From assembly GCA_964348095.1 (NCBI GenBank), contig CAYGBK010000065.1, forward strand, positions 56,847-120,846: a DNA stretch of 64,000 nucleotides. The letters run 5' to 3'. Each line of letters starts with the position of its first letter. Within the stretch, counting starts at the first letter, position 1. The stretch is from an uncultured Thermodesulfobacteriota bacterium. GTDB lineage: Bacteria > Desulfobacterota > BSN033 > WVXP01. Shown here one piece after another: positions 18,608-27,314 of the stretch. The notes beneath the pieces are model-generated. The model ran no database searches and was not told where the DNA came from. It was given only the letters and a program-made list of their open reading frames with translations. The translations under genes and the position numbers were made by a program.

Positions 18608-20191
18608 CTATCTTGTCCGGATCGTCCGCCCAGGGGTGGCGTCCGTATGTTTTCCCTTTTCGACCACTACCTGTCCATTGACGATGACCCACTCGATTCC
18701 CGATGGAAACTGCCTCGGGTTCTCGTAGGTCCCGTTGTCGATGATTGTGTCTGGGTCAAACACGGTGATATCGGCGTCGTATTTCTCGGCGATCACGCCT
18801 TTCTCTTTCAGTCTCAGTTTAGCGGCTGGTAGGGAGGTCATCTTTCGCACAGCCTCTTCAAGAGAGAGGATTCCCCGCTCTCGGACATAGGTACCAAGAA
18901 TCCGAGGATATGTTCCGTAGACCCGTGGATGGGGTTTGCTTCCGCCGAGGAGGCCGTCGGTTATAAAGCTTACGGATTGATGTCTCATGATCCGGACCAC
19001 ATCGTCTTCATCCATATGAAATATGATCATGCTCACAGCAAGCTCTTCCTCAATCAAGAGGTCTAAAGCGACATCGATCGGATCGTGAACTTTCCGTATG
19101 GCGGAAATTTCTGCAATGCTTTTCCCCTCGAATTCCTTATTGGCACTGCTCTCCACAGATGAAACGAGGATGTTTTCCCAACCGCTCATTGCCGAAAAGT
19201 TCTCCCAATCCACTCTCTCACGAATGTCTTTCTTAACGGATGCCCTCTCTTCCAGCAAAACACGGATGAGCTCGTCTGGCCCTTTTGCGTGATACCAGGG
19301 CGGAATGACCGCATGGAGCATCGTGCTTCCGGCCGTGTATGGATACTGGGCAATGGTCACATCAACCCCGTTGCGCCGCCCATCATCGAGGATCTCGAGC
19401 GCTTTTTGTGAAAGTCCCCAGTTTCTCCTTCTGGAAACCTTAAAATGTGTGATGAGCACGGAGATTCCCGACTGTCGCCCAACATCGATCACTTCGTCCA
19501 TTGCCGCCGTCAACCTGTCTCCCTCGCTTCGCATGTGGACGTCGTAGATACCATTGTACTGGCAAACAACCTTCGCAATTTCAACGACTTCCTCCACCTT
19601 TTGATAGGAATTTGGTGGATAGATGAGCCCCGCAGAGATTCCCCTGGCCCCTTCCTCCATGCCCTGGGCCGCTATCTGCCGCATCTGATCGATTTCTGCA
19701 GGTGTTGCCTCCCGATCGGCCATCCCCATAACCTTGAGCCGGATTGTTCCCAGGCCAATATAGGAGCTTATATTGAGTGCCGTCGGCAGTCGGTCGATCT
19801 TGTCAAAATAGTCCGCCAGGCTTCTCCACGTCCAATCCATCTTGGGATTCCCGTTCAGTCCAGAGAGATGCTTTTGCCAGGTGGCGACATTTCTCTCATC
19901 GATGGGCGCCAGGGACATTCCATCCATTCCCACATTCTCGGTTGTCACACCTTGCCTGGTTTTTTGTTTTGCTCGCGGATCCAAGAAGATAAAAAGATCC
20001 GAGTGGCTATGGCCGTCGATAAACCCCGGACAAACAACGCATCCCTTGGCATCGATAGTTTTTCTCGATTCCCATTCAGCCAGTCGTCCAATTTTCACTA
20101 TCCTGTCGCCGGCAACAGCCAAATCTCCACGGTACCAGGGATTTCCCATGCCATCCACGATTCTTCCGTTGAGGATCAACAAGTCGACCAT
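18608..20191 (-). CDS. N-acyl-D-amino-acid deacylase (D-aminoacylase) family amidohydrolase
   Basis: 527 aa. N-terminus LILNGRIVDGMG...PGFIDGHSHSD is typical of D-aminoacylases. Confidence 0.8.
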   Translation of the reverse strand: MVDLLILNGRIVDGMGNPWYRGDLAVAGDRIVKIGRLAEWESRKTIDAKGCVVCPGFIDGHSHSDLFIFLDPRAKQKTRQGVTTENVGMDGMSLAPIDERNVATWQKHLSGLNGNPKMDWTWRSLADYFDKIDRLPTALNISSYIGLGTIRLKVMGMADREATPAEIDQMRQIAAQGMEEGARGISAGLIYPPNSYQKVEEVVEIAKVVCQYNGIYDVHMRSEGDRLTAAMDEVIDVGRQSGISVLITHFKVSRRRNWGLSQKALEILDDGRRNGVDVTIAQYPYTAGSTMLHAVIPPWYHAKGPDELIRVLLEERASVKKDIRERVDWENFSAMSGWENILVSSVESSANKEFEGKSIAEISAIRKVHDPIDVALDLLIEEELAVSMIIFHMDEDDVVRIMRHQSVSFITDGLLGGSKPHPRVYGTYPRILGTYVRERGILSLEEAVRKMTSLPAAKLRLKEKGVIAEKYDADITVFDPDTIIDNGTYENPRQFPSGIEWVIVNGQVVVEKGKHTDATPGRTIRTR

Positions 20192-20388
20192 CTACCCTTT
20201 TCCCCTCTTTCCTTAGTGCACAATAGACTACCGTTTCGTTTCAGTCAACCGGAGAAAACACCCAATCTTGCAGCTGGGCCCTAACCCTCACAGTCCGTAT
20301 TGATAAAGATGATTGATCCTTTTCCTGCCATCTGTGGGAAGGGTCTCTCCCTTCCGAACACGTCCGCCCGGGGCAGGATACAAAATCC

Positions 20389-20416
20389 TTGACAAGTCCT
20401 CACGGTCTGTTACGAT
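20389..20416 (+). promoter_or_regulatory. Sigma70-like promoter
   Basis: TTGACA, 16-nt spacer, TACGAT. Confidence 0.45.
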
Positions 20417-20422
20417 CAGCAT

Positions 20423-20517
20423 GTTGACGCTGAGGCCAGTGGGGGGGATATGCCGAAGCTCGAACGATCGTTAGTCTAATTTGTCGGCCTGGCCTATTCA
20501 AAAAGCTGGGCCTTTTT
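20423..20517 (+). ncRNA. Candidate small RNA or terminator-containing leader of about 95 nt
   Basis: Bounded by the promoter at 20389..20416 and the intrinsic-terminator-like hairpin at 20486..20517. Contains the 10-bp palindrome AACGATCGTT. No ORF. Confidence 0.3.
20486..20517 (+). terminator. Intrinsic-terminator-like hairpin
   Basis: GGCCUGGC / GCUGGGCC 8-bp stem (two G-U pairs), 11-nt loop, then UUUUU. Confidence 0.4.
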
Positions 20518-20614
20518 GGTTGTCATAAGGAGAAGGGACGAGATCCCCGGCTAGAGATGCTCGAAAAAAGGAGCGGCCAGAGGGAGCAGAGACACGGAAA
20601 GGAGGGAACTCACG

Positions 20615-21463
20615 ATGAGGAGAGGGATTGCTTTTTCTCTTATTGGATTGTCGCTCGCTTTTCTTACCCTCGCTGGAGCGGAAGCTCGGGAGTTGGTCAA
20701 GTTCGGTGGCGATGTTGTGGTCGAGGAAGGGACGACCGTGGACAAAGCGGTGGCAATCGGGGGGAATGTAACCGTCAATGGGGTCATCGAACGTGATGCT
20801 GTCGCAGTTGGAGGGTCAATTTTTTTGGGGCCCCAGGCAGTCGTGGGTGGAGATGCCGTCTCTGTGGGAGGAACAATTGAAAAAGGCGAGGGAGCCCAAG
20901 TTCGAGGGGATGTTGTGGAGGTGAATATTCCAAGGATTTCTTCGATTTTCGGACTTTTTTCCCAGGCTAAAGGGCGAGAATGGCTTTGGACCTTTAGGAT
21001 TATCAGTTTTCTCGGTCTTCTCGCTCTGGCAGTGGTACTCGTGACGGTTATTCCGAAACCATTCGATTCAGTCCTGAGGACGGTGGAGGAGAATATCCTT
21101 CGATCGATTCTCTGGGGCCTGGTGGGGCTGGTGATCATCATTTTTCTCGCTGTATCGCTGGTGGTGTCTTTGGTCGGGATACCGTTGATACCGTTGGAAT
21201 TTATGCTGGTCGGCTGTGCATTTCTGGTTGGCTATGTTGCGATGGCCCAACTGATTGGCAGTAAGATGGCGACCGCAGCGAAGAAGCCCCATCTCAACGT
21301 GATCTGGGCGACCATGTTGGGTCTCATAGTCCTATGGGTGATTGGCTGGGTGCCCGTGCTGGGTTGGCTGGTCAAGGGGGCCGCCTTGTTCCTCGGTTTT
21401 GGAGGTGTTGTTGCAGGCCTGCTCGGCGCTGCGAAAAGCCATCGAGAGAAGAAAAAGACGTGA
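20615..21463 (+). CDS. Membrane protein with N-terminal beta-helix (bactofilin-like) repeat domain
   Basis: Signal/TM segment, then GGDVVVEEGTTVDKAVAIGGNVTVNGVIERDAVAVGGSIFLG...GGDAVSVGGTIEKG repeats, then 4-5 TM helices. Confidence 0.65.
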   Translation: MRRGIAFSLIGLSLAFLTLAGAEARELVKFGGDVVVEEGTTVDKAVAIGGNVTVNGVIERDAVAVGGSIFLGPQAVVGGDAVSVGGTIEKGEGAQVRGDVVEVNIPRISSIFGLFSQAKGREWLWTFRIISFLGLLALAVVLVTVIPKPFDSVLRTVEENILRSILWGLVGLVIIIFLAVSLVVSLVGIPLIPLEFMLVGCAFLVGYVAMAQLIGSKMATAAKKPHLNVIWATMLGLIVLWVIGWVPVLGWLVKGAALFLGFGGVVAGLLGAAKSHREKKKT

Positions 21464-21685
21464 AGGATTGGCCCTTACGTGGCGCCGAGAGAGCGGGACC
21501 GTGTGGTGGCTCTTATTTCTGTATTCCTCTCTCTTCGTGTTTTGAAAGAGGCTGCCAAGGCCCGAAGGACCCGAGAAAGCACCGGAGACTGACTGGAAAA
21601 TTTGTGAAACCATCTTCGGTTTGAAGAGAAACCTCTCTGGTAAGACGTTCGTCCAGATGGAAAAGGATCCAACGAAGGGCAGGGG

Positions 21686-22117
21686 CTACTCACAAAAGAT
21701 ACGAACCTTCTCCTTGTCACTGTCGACGTCTACACTGAGGTCCGCGAGAGCCTCGATGAGCTCTTCAAGTTTCTCTCCATCGAGTGACGAAAGATCGAAA
21801 TTGACGCCTTTTTCTTTAAGGGAATCGGTTACCCTGTTTTTCACGTGCTGAGGCATGATTGAACCGAGTTTGATCCCCGCCCTGAGAATATGCAGGGGAA
21901 TGCGGATGTTCACCCGTTCATGTTTACCGTTTGCACCGGCTTTCGGCTCGACGTGAACTCTGAAGTACTTCAACTTTCTCCCTTTCGTGTGGGACGGCAC
22001 GTCCTGTCCTGATCCGTCGGCCTGGATGTCTAAAGCATCGAGCAGTTTCTCTGCCTCTGAGACGGTGATCTTTCCCTCGGCGAGCATGGTTAAGATCTTT
22101 TGGCGGTCTTCACTCAT
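21686..22117 (-). CDS. SHOCT-like / YvlB-LiaX N-terminal domain protein
   Basis: ATG at 22117 with a GAGGAGGAT RBS. N-terminus MSEDRQKILTMLAEGKITVSEAEKLLDAL. Confidence 0.65.
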   Translation of the reverse strand: MSEDRQKILTMLAEGKITVSEAEKLLDALDIQADGSGQDVPSHTKGRKLKYFRVHVEPKAGANGKHERVNIRIPLHILRAGIKLGSIMPQHVKNRVTDSLKEKGVNFDLSSLDGEKLEELIEALADLSVDVDSDKEKVRIFCE

Positions 22118-22258
22118 GAGGATCCTCCTCTGGATAAGACGTATCAAACCTGTTATCCCTTCCCTCAGCCTTAACGGGTTTTGCCTGAATCTCCTGGGGA
22201 CCATCTGATGACACCCTCTTCTCCACAACCCGCAGTCGAACGGTCCCAGGGGGCCGTA

Positions 22259-22621
22259 TCACTGTCTGAGCCTCTCCAATGCTTCCTCAACGGTTATGTC
22301 ACCGTGTTCGAGGAGCTCCAGCGCTTCTGTTTGTGAGGGTACGGGCGCGATATCCACGAAATCAAGCTTCTGCGAAATTCGGTTGAGCCGGTTTTTGACC
22401 GTTGGATAACTGACTCCGAAAAGTCGTTCCATCTCCTTGATCGAACCATGGCTCTTGACGAAAGCCGCGACAAATATTTGGTCTTCCGTGGACAACCGAG
22501 CCAGGGGCGGCAGGTCGAAGATGCCTTCGATTGAAATCTCTTTTCGTGGCAGTCTGACTTTTTCGATCAAGAACTCTTCGCCATTGGTCAGCCGCGTCAG
22601 TTCTTGCCAATCCTTTGCCAT
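22259..22621 (-). CDS. DUF2089 family protein (HTH-like)
   Basis: 120 aa. ...FVKSHGSIKEMERLFGVSYPTVKNRLNRI... is as I recall for DUF2089. Confidence 0.7.
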   Translation of the reverse strand: MAKDWQELTRLTNGEEFLIEKVRLPRKEISIEGIFDLPPLARLSTEDQIFVAAFVKSHGSIKEMERLFGVSYPTVKNRLNRISQKLDFVDIAPVPSQTEALELLEHGDITVEEALERLRQ

Positions 22622-22777
22622 AAAATCGCCTCGTTCAATTTATTTAATTAAATATACACCAAATATTAAAAAAGTCAACTAGAAAATTAATAAAAGTCAT
22701 TTTTTATTCCCAATTCTCTGAAATTATTTAAGTTCGATCTGAATCAAATTATCATCCTCTTGTCTGGGCGATATGAT

Positions 22778-22807
22778 TTGACACCGTCCCGGCGCCTAAC
22801 TTATAAT
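22778..22807 (+). promoter_or_regulatory. Near-consensus sigma70 promoter of the cyclase gene
   Basis: TTGACA, 18-nt spacer, TATAAT. Preceded by an A/T-rich tract of about 120 bp (22622..22740). Confidence 0.55.
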
Positions 22808-22841
22808 CAGTGCCGGGAGTCAGTTGCTCGGAGAGACCTAT

Positions 22842-24752
22842 ATGCCACCAGAGGGCTTCAAACGTAAGCTTACAGCCATCCTGAGTGCCGACGTCAAGGA
22901 TTACAGCCGCCTCATGGGCGAGGACGAGGACGCAACCGTCCGGACCCTAACGACACACCAGGAGCTCGTGGCCGCGGTCGTCCAGAAGCACCGGGGCCGT
23001 GTGGTGGACGCTTCGGGGGACAACGTTTTGGCCGAGTTTGGTAGTGTGTTGGATGCTGTGCGATGTGCCGTCGAGATCCAGGAGGAGGTCAAAGTTCGAA
23101 ACGCTGAGTTTCCTGAAAACCGGCGGATGCAGTTTCGAATCGGGATCAACCTTGGCGATGTGATCACAGAGGGAGAACGAATCTACGGGGATGGGATCAA
23201 TGTCGCTGCCCGACTGGAAGGGTTGGCCGAGGGGGGCGGGATCTGTGTTTCCGGGACTGTTTACGATCACGTCAGAAATAAACTGGCACTGGGATTTGAA
23301 TTTCTGGGAGAGCAGAAGGTCAAGAATATCGCGGAGCCGGTTCGGGTGTATCGAATCGTGATGGAACCAGGAACCCCCGTCAGACTGTTGCCCGAAGAAA
23401 GGGTTGCAACAAAATGGTGGCAGAACACCGCTCTGGCTGCTGCCTTGGTTGTCCTTCTGATGGCTGTCGGCGTCGTCGTGTGGATATTCTTTCTACGGCA
23501 GGCTCCCCGGCCTTCAGAGGTTGCCGTAGAAGAGAGGATGGCTTTTCCCCTTCCCGACAAACCCTCCATTGCTGTGCTCCCATTTGTCAACATGAGCGGT
23601 GATCCCGAGCAGGATTACCTGGCGGATGGCATCAGTGAAAATACCATTATGGCTCTCTCCAAAGTGCCAGAGATGTTCGTCGTCTCCCGGAGTTCAACCT
23701 TCACTTACAAGGGGAGGGCGGTGAAGGTCCAGCAGGTAAGTGAGGAGCTTGGGGTGAGGTATGTCCTCGAAGGGAGTGTACAGAAATCAGGCAAGCGGTT
23801 GCGAGTTACAGCCCAGCTGGTCGATGCGACCTCGGGTCACCACCTCTGGTCTGAGCGCTACGATCGAGATATGAAAGATCTTTTCACTCTCATGGATGAG
23901 ATCACCAAAGAGATCGTGGTTGCCCTTCAGATTGAGCTGACCCACGGCGAGCAGGCGGCTATCTGGCAAGACACAGACAACTTGGAAGCCTGGGGCCACG
24001 CAGTCAGAGGATACAGCCTGTATCAACGTTTCACGAAAGAGGACAATGCCAAGGCCCGGGAGCTATTTGAGCGAGCTTTGGAGCTAGACTCAGATTTTGC
24101 GGCGGCAAAAGCGATGCTCGCCTGGACTCATCTGATCGATGCGACGTATGGCTTCAGCGGTTCGCGCATCCTGGCCTTCAAACGGGCTGTCGCCCTTGCT
24201 CAAGAGGCTGCGGCGATGGATGAGACACAGCCAGAAGTCCATTCGTTGTTGGGAGGCATTCATCTGCTCCAAAGGCAGTATGACGAGGCCATTGCCGAAG
24301 GAGAGAAGTCTATCGTGCTGAATCCGAATAATGCCCTGAGTCATATCCTGCTTTCCCAGAGCATGCGCTTCGCAGGACGGTTCGAAGAAGCAGTCGCGCA
24401 TGCCGAGGGGGCCATACGGCTCAGCCCCTACTACCCTGCATGGTATCTGACTGTTCTGAGCCATGCTTACCGGGATGCAGGACGGCACGAGGAAGCGCTT
24501 GCCTCCTACAAACAACTCCTTGAGCGCTGCGAGAAGGGTGAGTGTCCTCCCCTATGGGCGCATATCGGTCTGGCAGTTGTCTACGTAGAGCTTGGTCGGG
24601 AGGGAGAGGCCCGTCGTCATGCAGAGGAGGTCCTGAGATTGCACCCAACCTTTTCGCTCGAGACCTGGCGCAGGAGCTTCGCTTACAAAGATTCGACACA
24701 TGTCGATCGCCTGGTCGAGACGTTGCAAAAGGCCGGATTAGAGAAAGGATAG
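22842..24752 (+). CDS. Class III adenylate/guanylate cyclase with TM segment, TolB-N-like module and TPR repeats
   Basis: LTAILSADVKDYSRLMGEDE...GDNVLAEF...GDGINVAARLE cyclase motifs. One TM. PSIAVLPFVNMSGDPEQDYLADGISE module. C-terminal TPR-like helices. Confidence 0.85.
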   Translation: MPPEGFKRKLTAILSADVKDYSRLMGEDEDATVRTLTTHQELVAAVVQKHRGRVVDASGDNVLAEFGSVLDAVRCAVEIQEEVKVRNAEFPENRRMQFRIGINLGDVITEGERIYGDGINVAARLEGLAEGGGICVSGTVYDHVRNKLALGFEFLGEQKVKNIAEPVRVYRIVMEPGTPVRLLPEERVATKWWQNTALAAALVVLLMAVGVVVWIFFLRQAPRPSEVAVEERMAFPLPDKPSIAVLPFVNMSGDPEQDYLADGISENTIMALSKVPEMFVVSRSSTFTYKGRAVKVQQVSEELGVRYVLEGSVQKSGKRLRVTAQLVDATSGHHLWSERYDRDMKDLFTLMDEITKEIVVALQIELTHGEQAAIWQDTDNLEAWGHAVRGYSLYQRFTKEDNAKARELFERALELDSDFAAAKAMLAWTHLIDATYGFSGSRILAFKRAVALAQEAAAMDETQPEVHSLLGGIHLLQRQYDEAIAEGEKSIVLNPNNALSHILLSQSMRFAGRFEEAVAHAEGAIRLSPYYPAWYLTVLSHAYRDAGRHEEALASYKQLLERCEKGECPPLWAHIGLAVVYVELGREGEARRHAEEVLRLHPTFSLETWRRSFAYKDSTHVDRLVETLQKAGLEKG

Positions 24753-24858
24753 GGTAACCAGTAGCACATCCTCCCCGCCGATGTCTTCCGTGAGTATGGG
24801 AGGAAGGTCGGAACTGATGACGCTCTTATGCCTTCATAGGGATTCGAGGAGATCCAGG

Positions 24859-27132
24859 ATGTCAGATAGAAAACGGCTCTCTGTCTATGGGTGGGGCCAG
24901 ATTCTCGTGGTCACCCTGTTTGTCGTCGTGGCAGGGACGATCGGCTGGTCCATCGCCGAGGAGGGAATCAAGCAAGAGGGTATATGGAAGGATTATAGGC
25001 GACCCTTTGAAGAAGATATCCTCGTCAGTGATGTGGCGACCATCAGGGTTGATCTACCGGACAGATTCTTCAAAATGGAAAGGGTGACCCTATCCGTCAC
25101 AACAGACGCAACGCACCACAGCTGGCCGAGGATTGTCATCGGAGAGTGGGAACGGGATTTGGGGATATTTCTAACTCCTCAGGAGTATTTCACGACACTC
25201 ACATTGACCGAAACAATAGAGATAGAGATGTCAACAAAAGAGTTCAGAAGAGGAAAGAACGAGATACAGTTTTTCTCTGCAACGGATAGTCCTGAAGACC
25301 AATACATCGTAACAAAACTCGAATTCACTGCTGTCCGAAGGGGTGCACGGTCAACTCCGCGGCCAGAAACATCCGAGAAAGTGCGAATCGGTCTGGTCAC
25401 AAGTCTTACTGGGGGGTCAATTCGGATGGATAAACAAAACTATGTTGGCCTTCTAACGGATGAAATCGGACAAAAGCCAGGCCGCGAGGTGATACCCCTC
25501 CCAGACACGATACATTATCGTGACCTAGACTTGGATACGGCTAAGATTCTGAGCCAACGGTATAAGATTGACATGTTGATAGGTGTCGCGAGTACTTGGC
25601 GACCTGGCCTCCGATTCGAGGGGATTACGAGATTAATCGATATTTCCGGTCAAAAACTGATTGAACTCGAACCAATAGATATTGGTGCTGGATATGCGGA
25701 ATTCAGGCCCGGATGGGAGAAGAAACTCGTCAGTAAACAGATCGGACAGATCGAAAGAATGGCCGAGGAGATCTCCCGGGCAAAGATAGCGGCTGCCGCC
25801 ACAGTTGGGGAACCAAGAGCCCTCGAGAAGATCCGCGTCGGCCTTCTGACGAGCTTTGCTGGCGCGATGCTGGATCCTACTGCAGAGTCTTTCGAGAGGT
25901 ATATCGACTACCTAACCGATGAGCTCGGCAAAAGACCAAGCGTTGAAATAATAGCCCTTAAAGAATCCATTAGCTATCAAAGTATCGACCTGGATACGGC
26001 CAGAAATCTGAAACAAAAACACAGAATCGACATGGTAATCGGAGTCATGAATTACGTGGCAAGCGGCCGCGGGTACGAGGGCCATACAAAGTTAATTGAC
26101 CTTTCTGCTCAGACACTGACCGAACTCGATCCTGTCGGGCTCGGCGGGCTAGGCGGCCTAGACGTTCGTTGGGAGAGGAAGCTTGTCAGTAAACAGCTCG
26201 GGCCGATCCAAAAGATGATTGACGAAATCTCCCGACAGAAGATGGCGGCACCTACCGTTCCTGCCGAAGCAAGACCCTTCGAAAAAGTCCGGATCGGGCT
26301 TTTGACGGATCTCTCAGAGGACATTGGAAGAGAGTATTTTGCCAATCTCGAGGAACTCGTAGAGAAAAGATGGGACTCCGATCTGGTCAGTATTTCCTAT
26401 CCGGCAAGCTATGATGCACTCGATATCGATACGGCGAGAACACTGAGACAGATGTTTCAGATTGACATGTTGATATTTGTCAAAGGGGTCTACCACGGTG
26501 CCGTAACACGTGGACTGAATGCCTACACAAAATTAGTTGATATTCCGGCCAGCAGGCTTGTTGAACTTGATCCCATCGAAATGGGATGGAAGGCATTTTA
26601 TGGGCCCGCTCCCGGTGTGGGGAAAAAACTGTTGAGCGAGCAAATCGGACCGATTGAAAAAATGATCGCCCAGGTCTCTCGAGCGAAAACTGCTGCTAGG
26701 ATGAGCCAAGAGGGGCTGGAGGCGACTCTGCCAGAGTCAAGGGAATTCAGAGGAGTCCGGATTGGTGTCGTCACAGAACTCCAGAAAAACCTCGAAAGAG
26801 AGTATTTCAAACAGCTGAAAGAGATCGTGGAGGAAATGGAGGATACTCAACTGCTTCTCCTTGTGGGTCAGGCCACCTACGATGCGCCACACCCTGAAGT
26901 CATCGAGGGTCTGAGGCAGAAATTTCAGATTGACATGATTATTTACGTCGGCACCAAGGCATATAGCACCGGACAGTTGTATTGGACAGGATTGGTTGAT
27001 ACATCAAAGAAGGAATTGGTGAAATTACCGGGGGTCTACATAAAGCAGGAAAATATGCATAGATGGGAAAAGATGCTGGTGGAGCGGCAAATCAAGCCCA
27101 TTGAAAAGATGATTACCCAGATCTACCGGTAA
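24859..27132 (+). CDS. Membrane-anchored protein with four tandem uncharacterised modules
   Basis: ATG at 24859 with a GAGGAG RBS. N-terminal TM segment (GWGQILVVTLFVVVAGTIGW), a unique domain of about 140 aa, then four repeats. Confidence 0.75.
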   Translation: MSDRKRLSVYGWGQILVVTLFVVVAGTIGWSIAEEGIKQEGIWKDYRRPFEEDILVSDVATIRVDLPDRFFKMERVTLSVTTDATHHSWPRIVIGEWERDLGIFLTPQEYFTTLTLTETIEIEMSTKEFRRGKNEIQFFSATDSPEDQYIVTKLEFTAVRRGARSTPRPETSEKVRIGLVTSLTGGSIRMDKQNYVGLLTDEIGQKPGREVIPLPDTIHYRDLDLDTAKILSQRYKIDMLIGVASTWRPGLRFEGITRLIDISGQKLIELEPIDIGAGYAEFRPGWEKKLVSKQIGQIERMAEEISRAKIAAAATVGEPRALEKIRVGLLTSFAGAMLDPTAESFERYIDYLTDELGKRPSVEIIALKESISYQSIDLDTARNLKQKHRIDMVIGVMNYVASGRGYEGHTKLIDLSAQTLTELDPVGLGGLGGLDVRWERKLVSKQLGPIQKMIDEISRQKMAAPTVPAEARPFEKVRIGLLTDLSEDIGREYFANLEELVEKRWDSDLVSISYPASYDALDIDTARTLRQMFQIDMLIFVKGVYHGAVTRGLNAYTKLVDIPASRLVELDPIEMGWKAFYGPAPGVGKKLLSEQIGPIEKMIAQVSRAKTAARMSQEGLEATLPESREFRGVRIGVVTELQKNLEREYFKQLKEIVEEMEDTQLLLLVGQATYDAPHPEVIEGLRQKFQIDMIIYVGTKAYSTGQLYWTGLVDTSKKELVKLPGVYIKQENMHRWEKMLVERQIKPIEKMITQIYR
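25375..27129 (+). repeat. Four tandem protein-level repeats of about 130-155 aa (25375-25821, 25822-26277, 26278-26745, 26746-27129)
   Basis: Each copy begins [LF]EK/RG-[VI]R[IV]G[LV][LV]T and contains D[LI]DTA[KR].L.Q...IDM[LVI]I.V, T[KR]L[IV]D and WE[KR]KL[VL]S[KE]Q[IL]GPI[EQ]KMI. The DNA copies are diverged. Confidence 0.8.
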
Positions 27133-27237
27133 CAGAGTTTTTCCGATCTTAGAGAGATCCTTTCTGGTACTTCCTTATTGAGGCTGAAGGGCCTCCCCTC
27201 CGACGCTGATATTCCCGGGAAATTTGAAGGAAAAGAC

Positions 27238-27266
27238 TTGACAGGTTTATGACTTGTGGTTATCTT
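27238..27266 (+). promoter_or_regulatory. Sigma70-like promoter of the TetR-MFP-RND operon
   Basis: TTGACA, 17-nt spacer, TATCTT. Confidence 0.5.
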
Positions 27267-27281
27267 ATGACTAAGAGTCAT
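27267..27281 (+). promoter_or_regulatory. Candidate TetR operator palindrome
   Basis: ATGACT-AAG-AGTCAT is a perfect inverted repeat abutting the -10 element. The half-site TTATGACT also occurs at 27247..27254 inside the spacer. Confidence 0.45.
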
Positions 27282-27314
27282 TTAATAACTGTAATTCAGA
27301 AAGCGAGAAACGAG

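Noticed and set aside
19445-20284. 279-aa plus-strand ORF antisense to the D-aminoacylase gene.
   Set aside because: No motifs and low-complexity composition. The opposite strand carries a full-length amidohydrolase with clear signatures.
20551-21141. 196-aa minus-strand ORF rich in T/P/S/A, opposite the beta-helix membrane protein gene.
   Set aside because: It is the mirror of the Gly/Val-repeat coding strand (GGN/GTN read in reverse gives Pro/Thr-rich frames). The plus-strand gene has an RBS, a signal sequence and TM helices.
22229-22261. The TGA stop of the DUF2089 gene is in the same frame as the downstream SHOCT-like ORF. I considered a third Sec or readthrough gene. The same situation occurs at 7580..7597 (zinc-ribbon to lipoprotein) and 14825..14881 (DUF6125-like to the next ORF).
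   Set aside because: The intervening translations are Arg-rich nonsense with no Cys-homologue context. The downstream genes have their own strong RBS and ATG or signal peptide. No SECIS-like hairpin follows these TGAs. Same-frame adjacency is expected by chance about one time in three.
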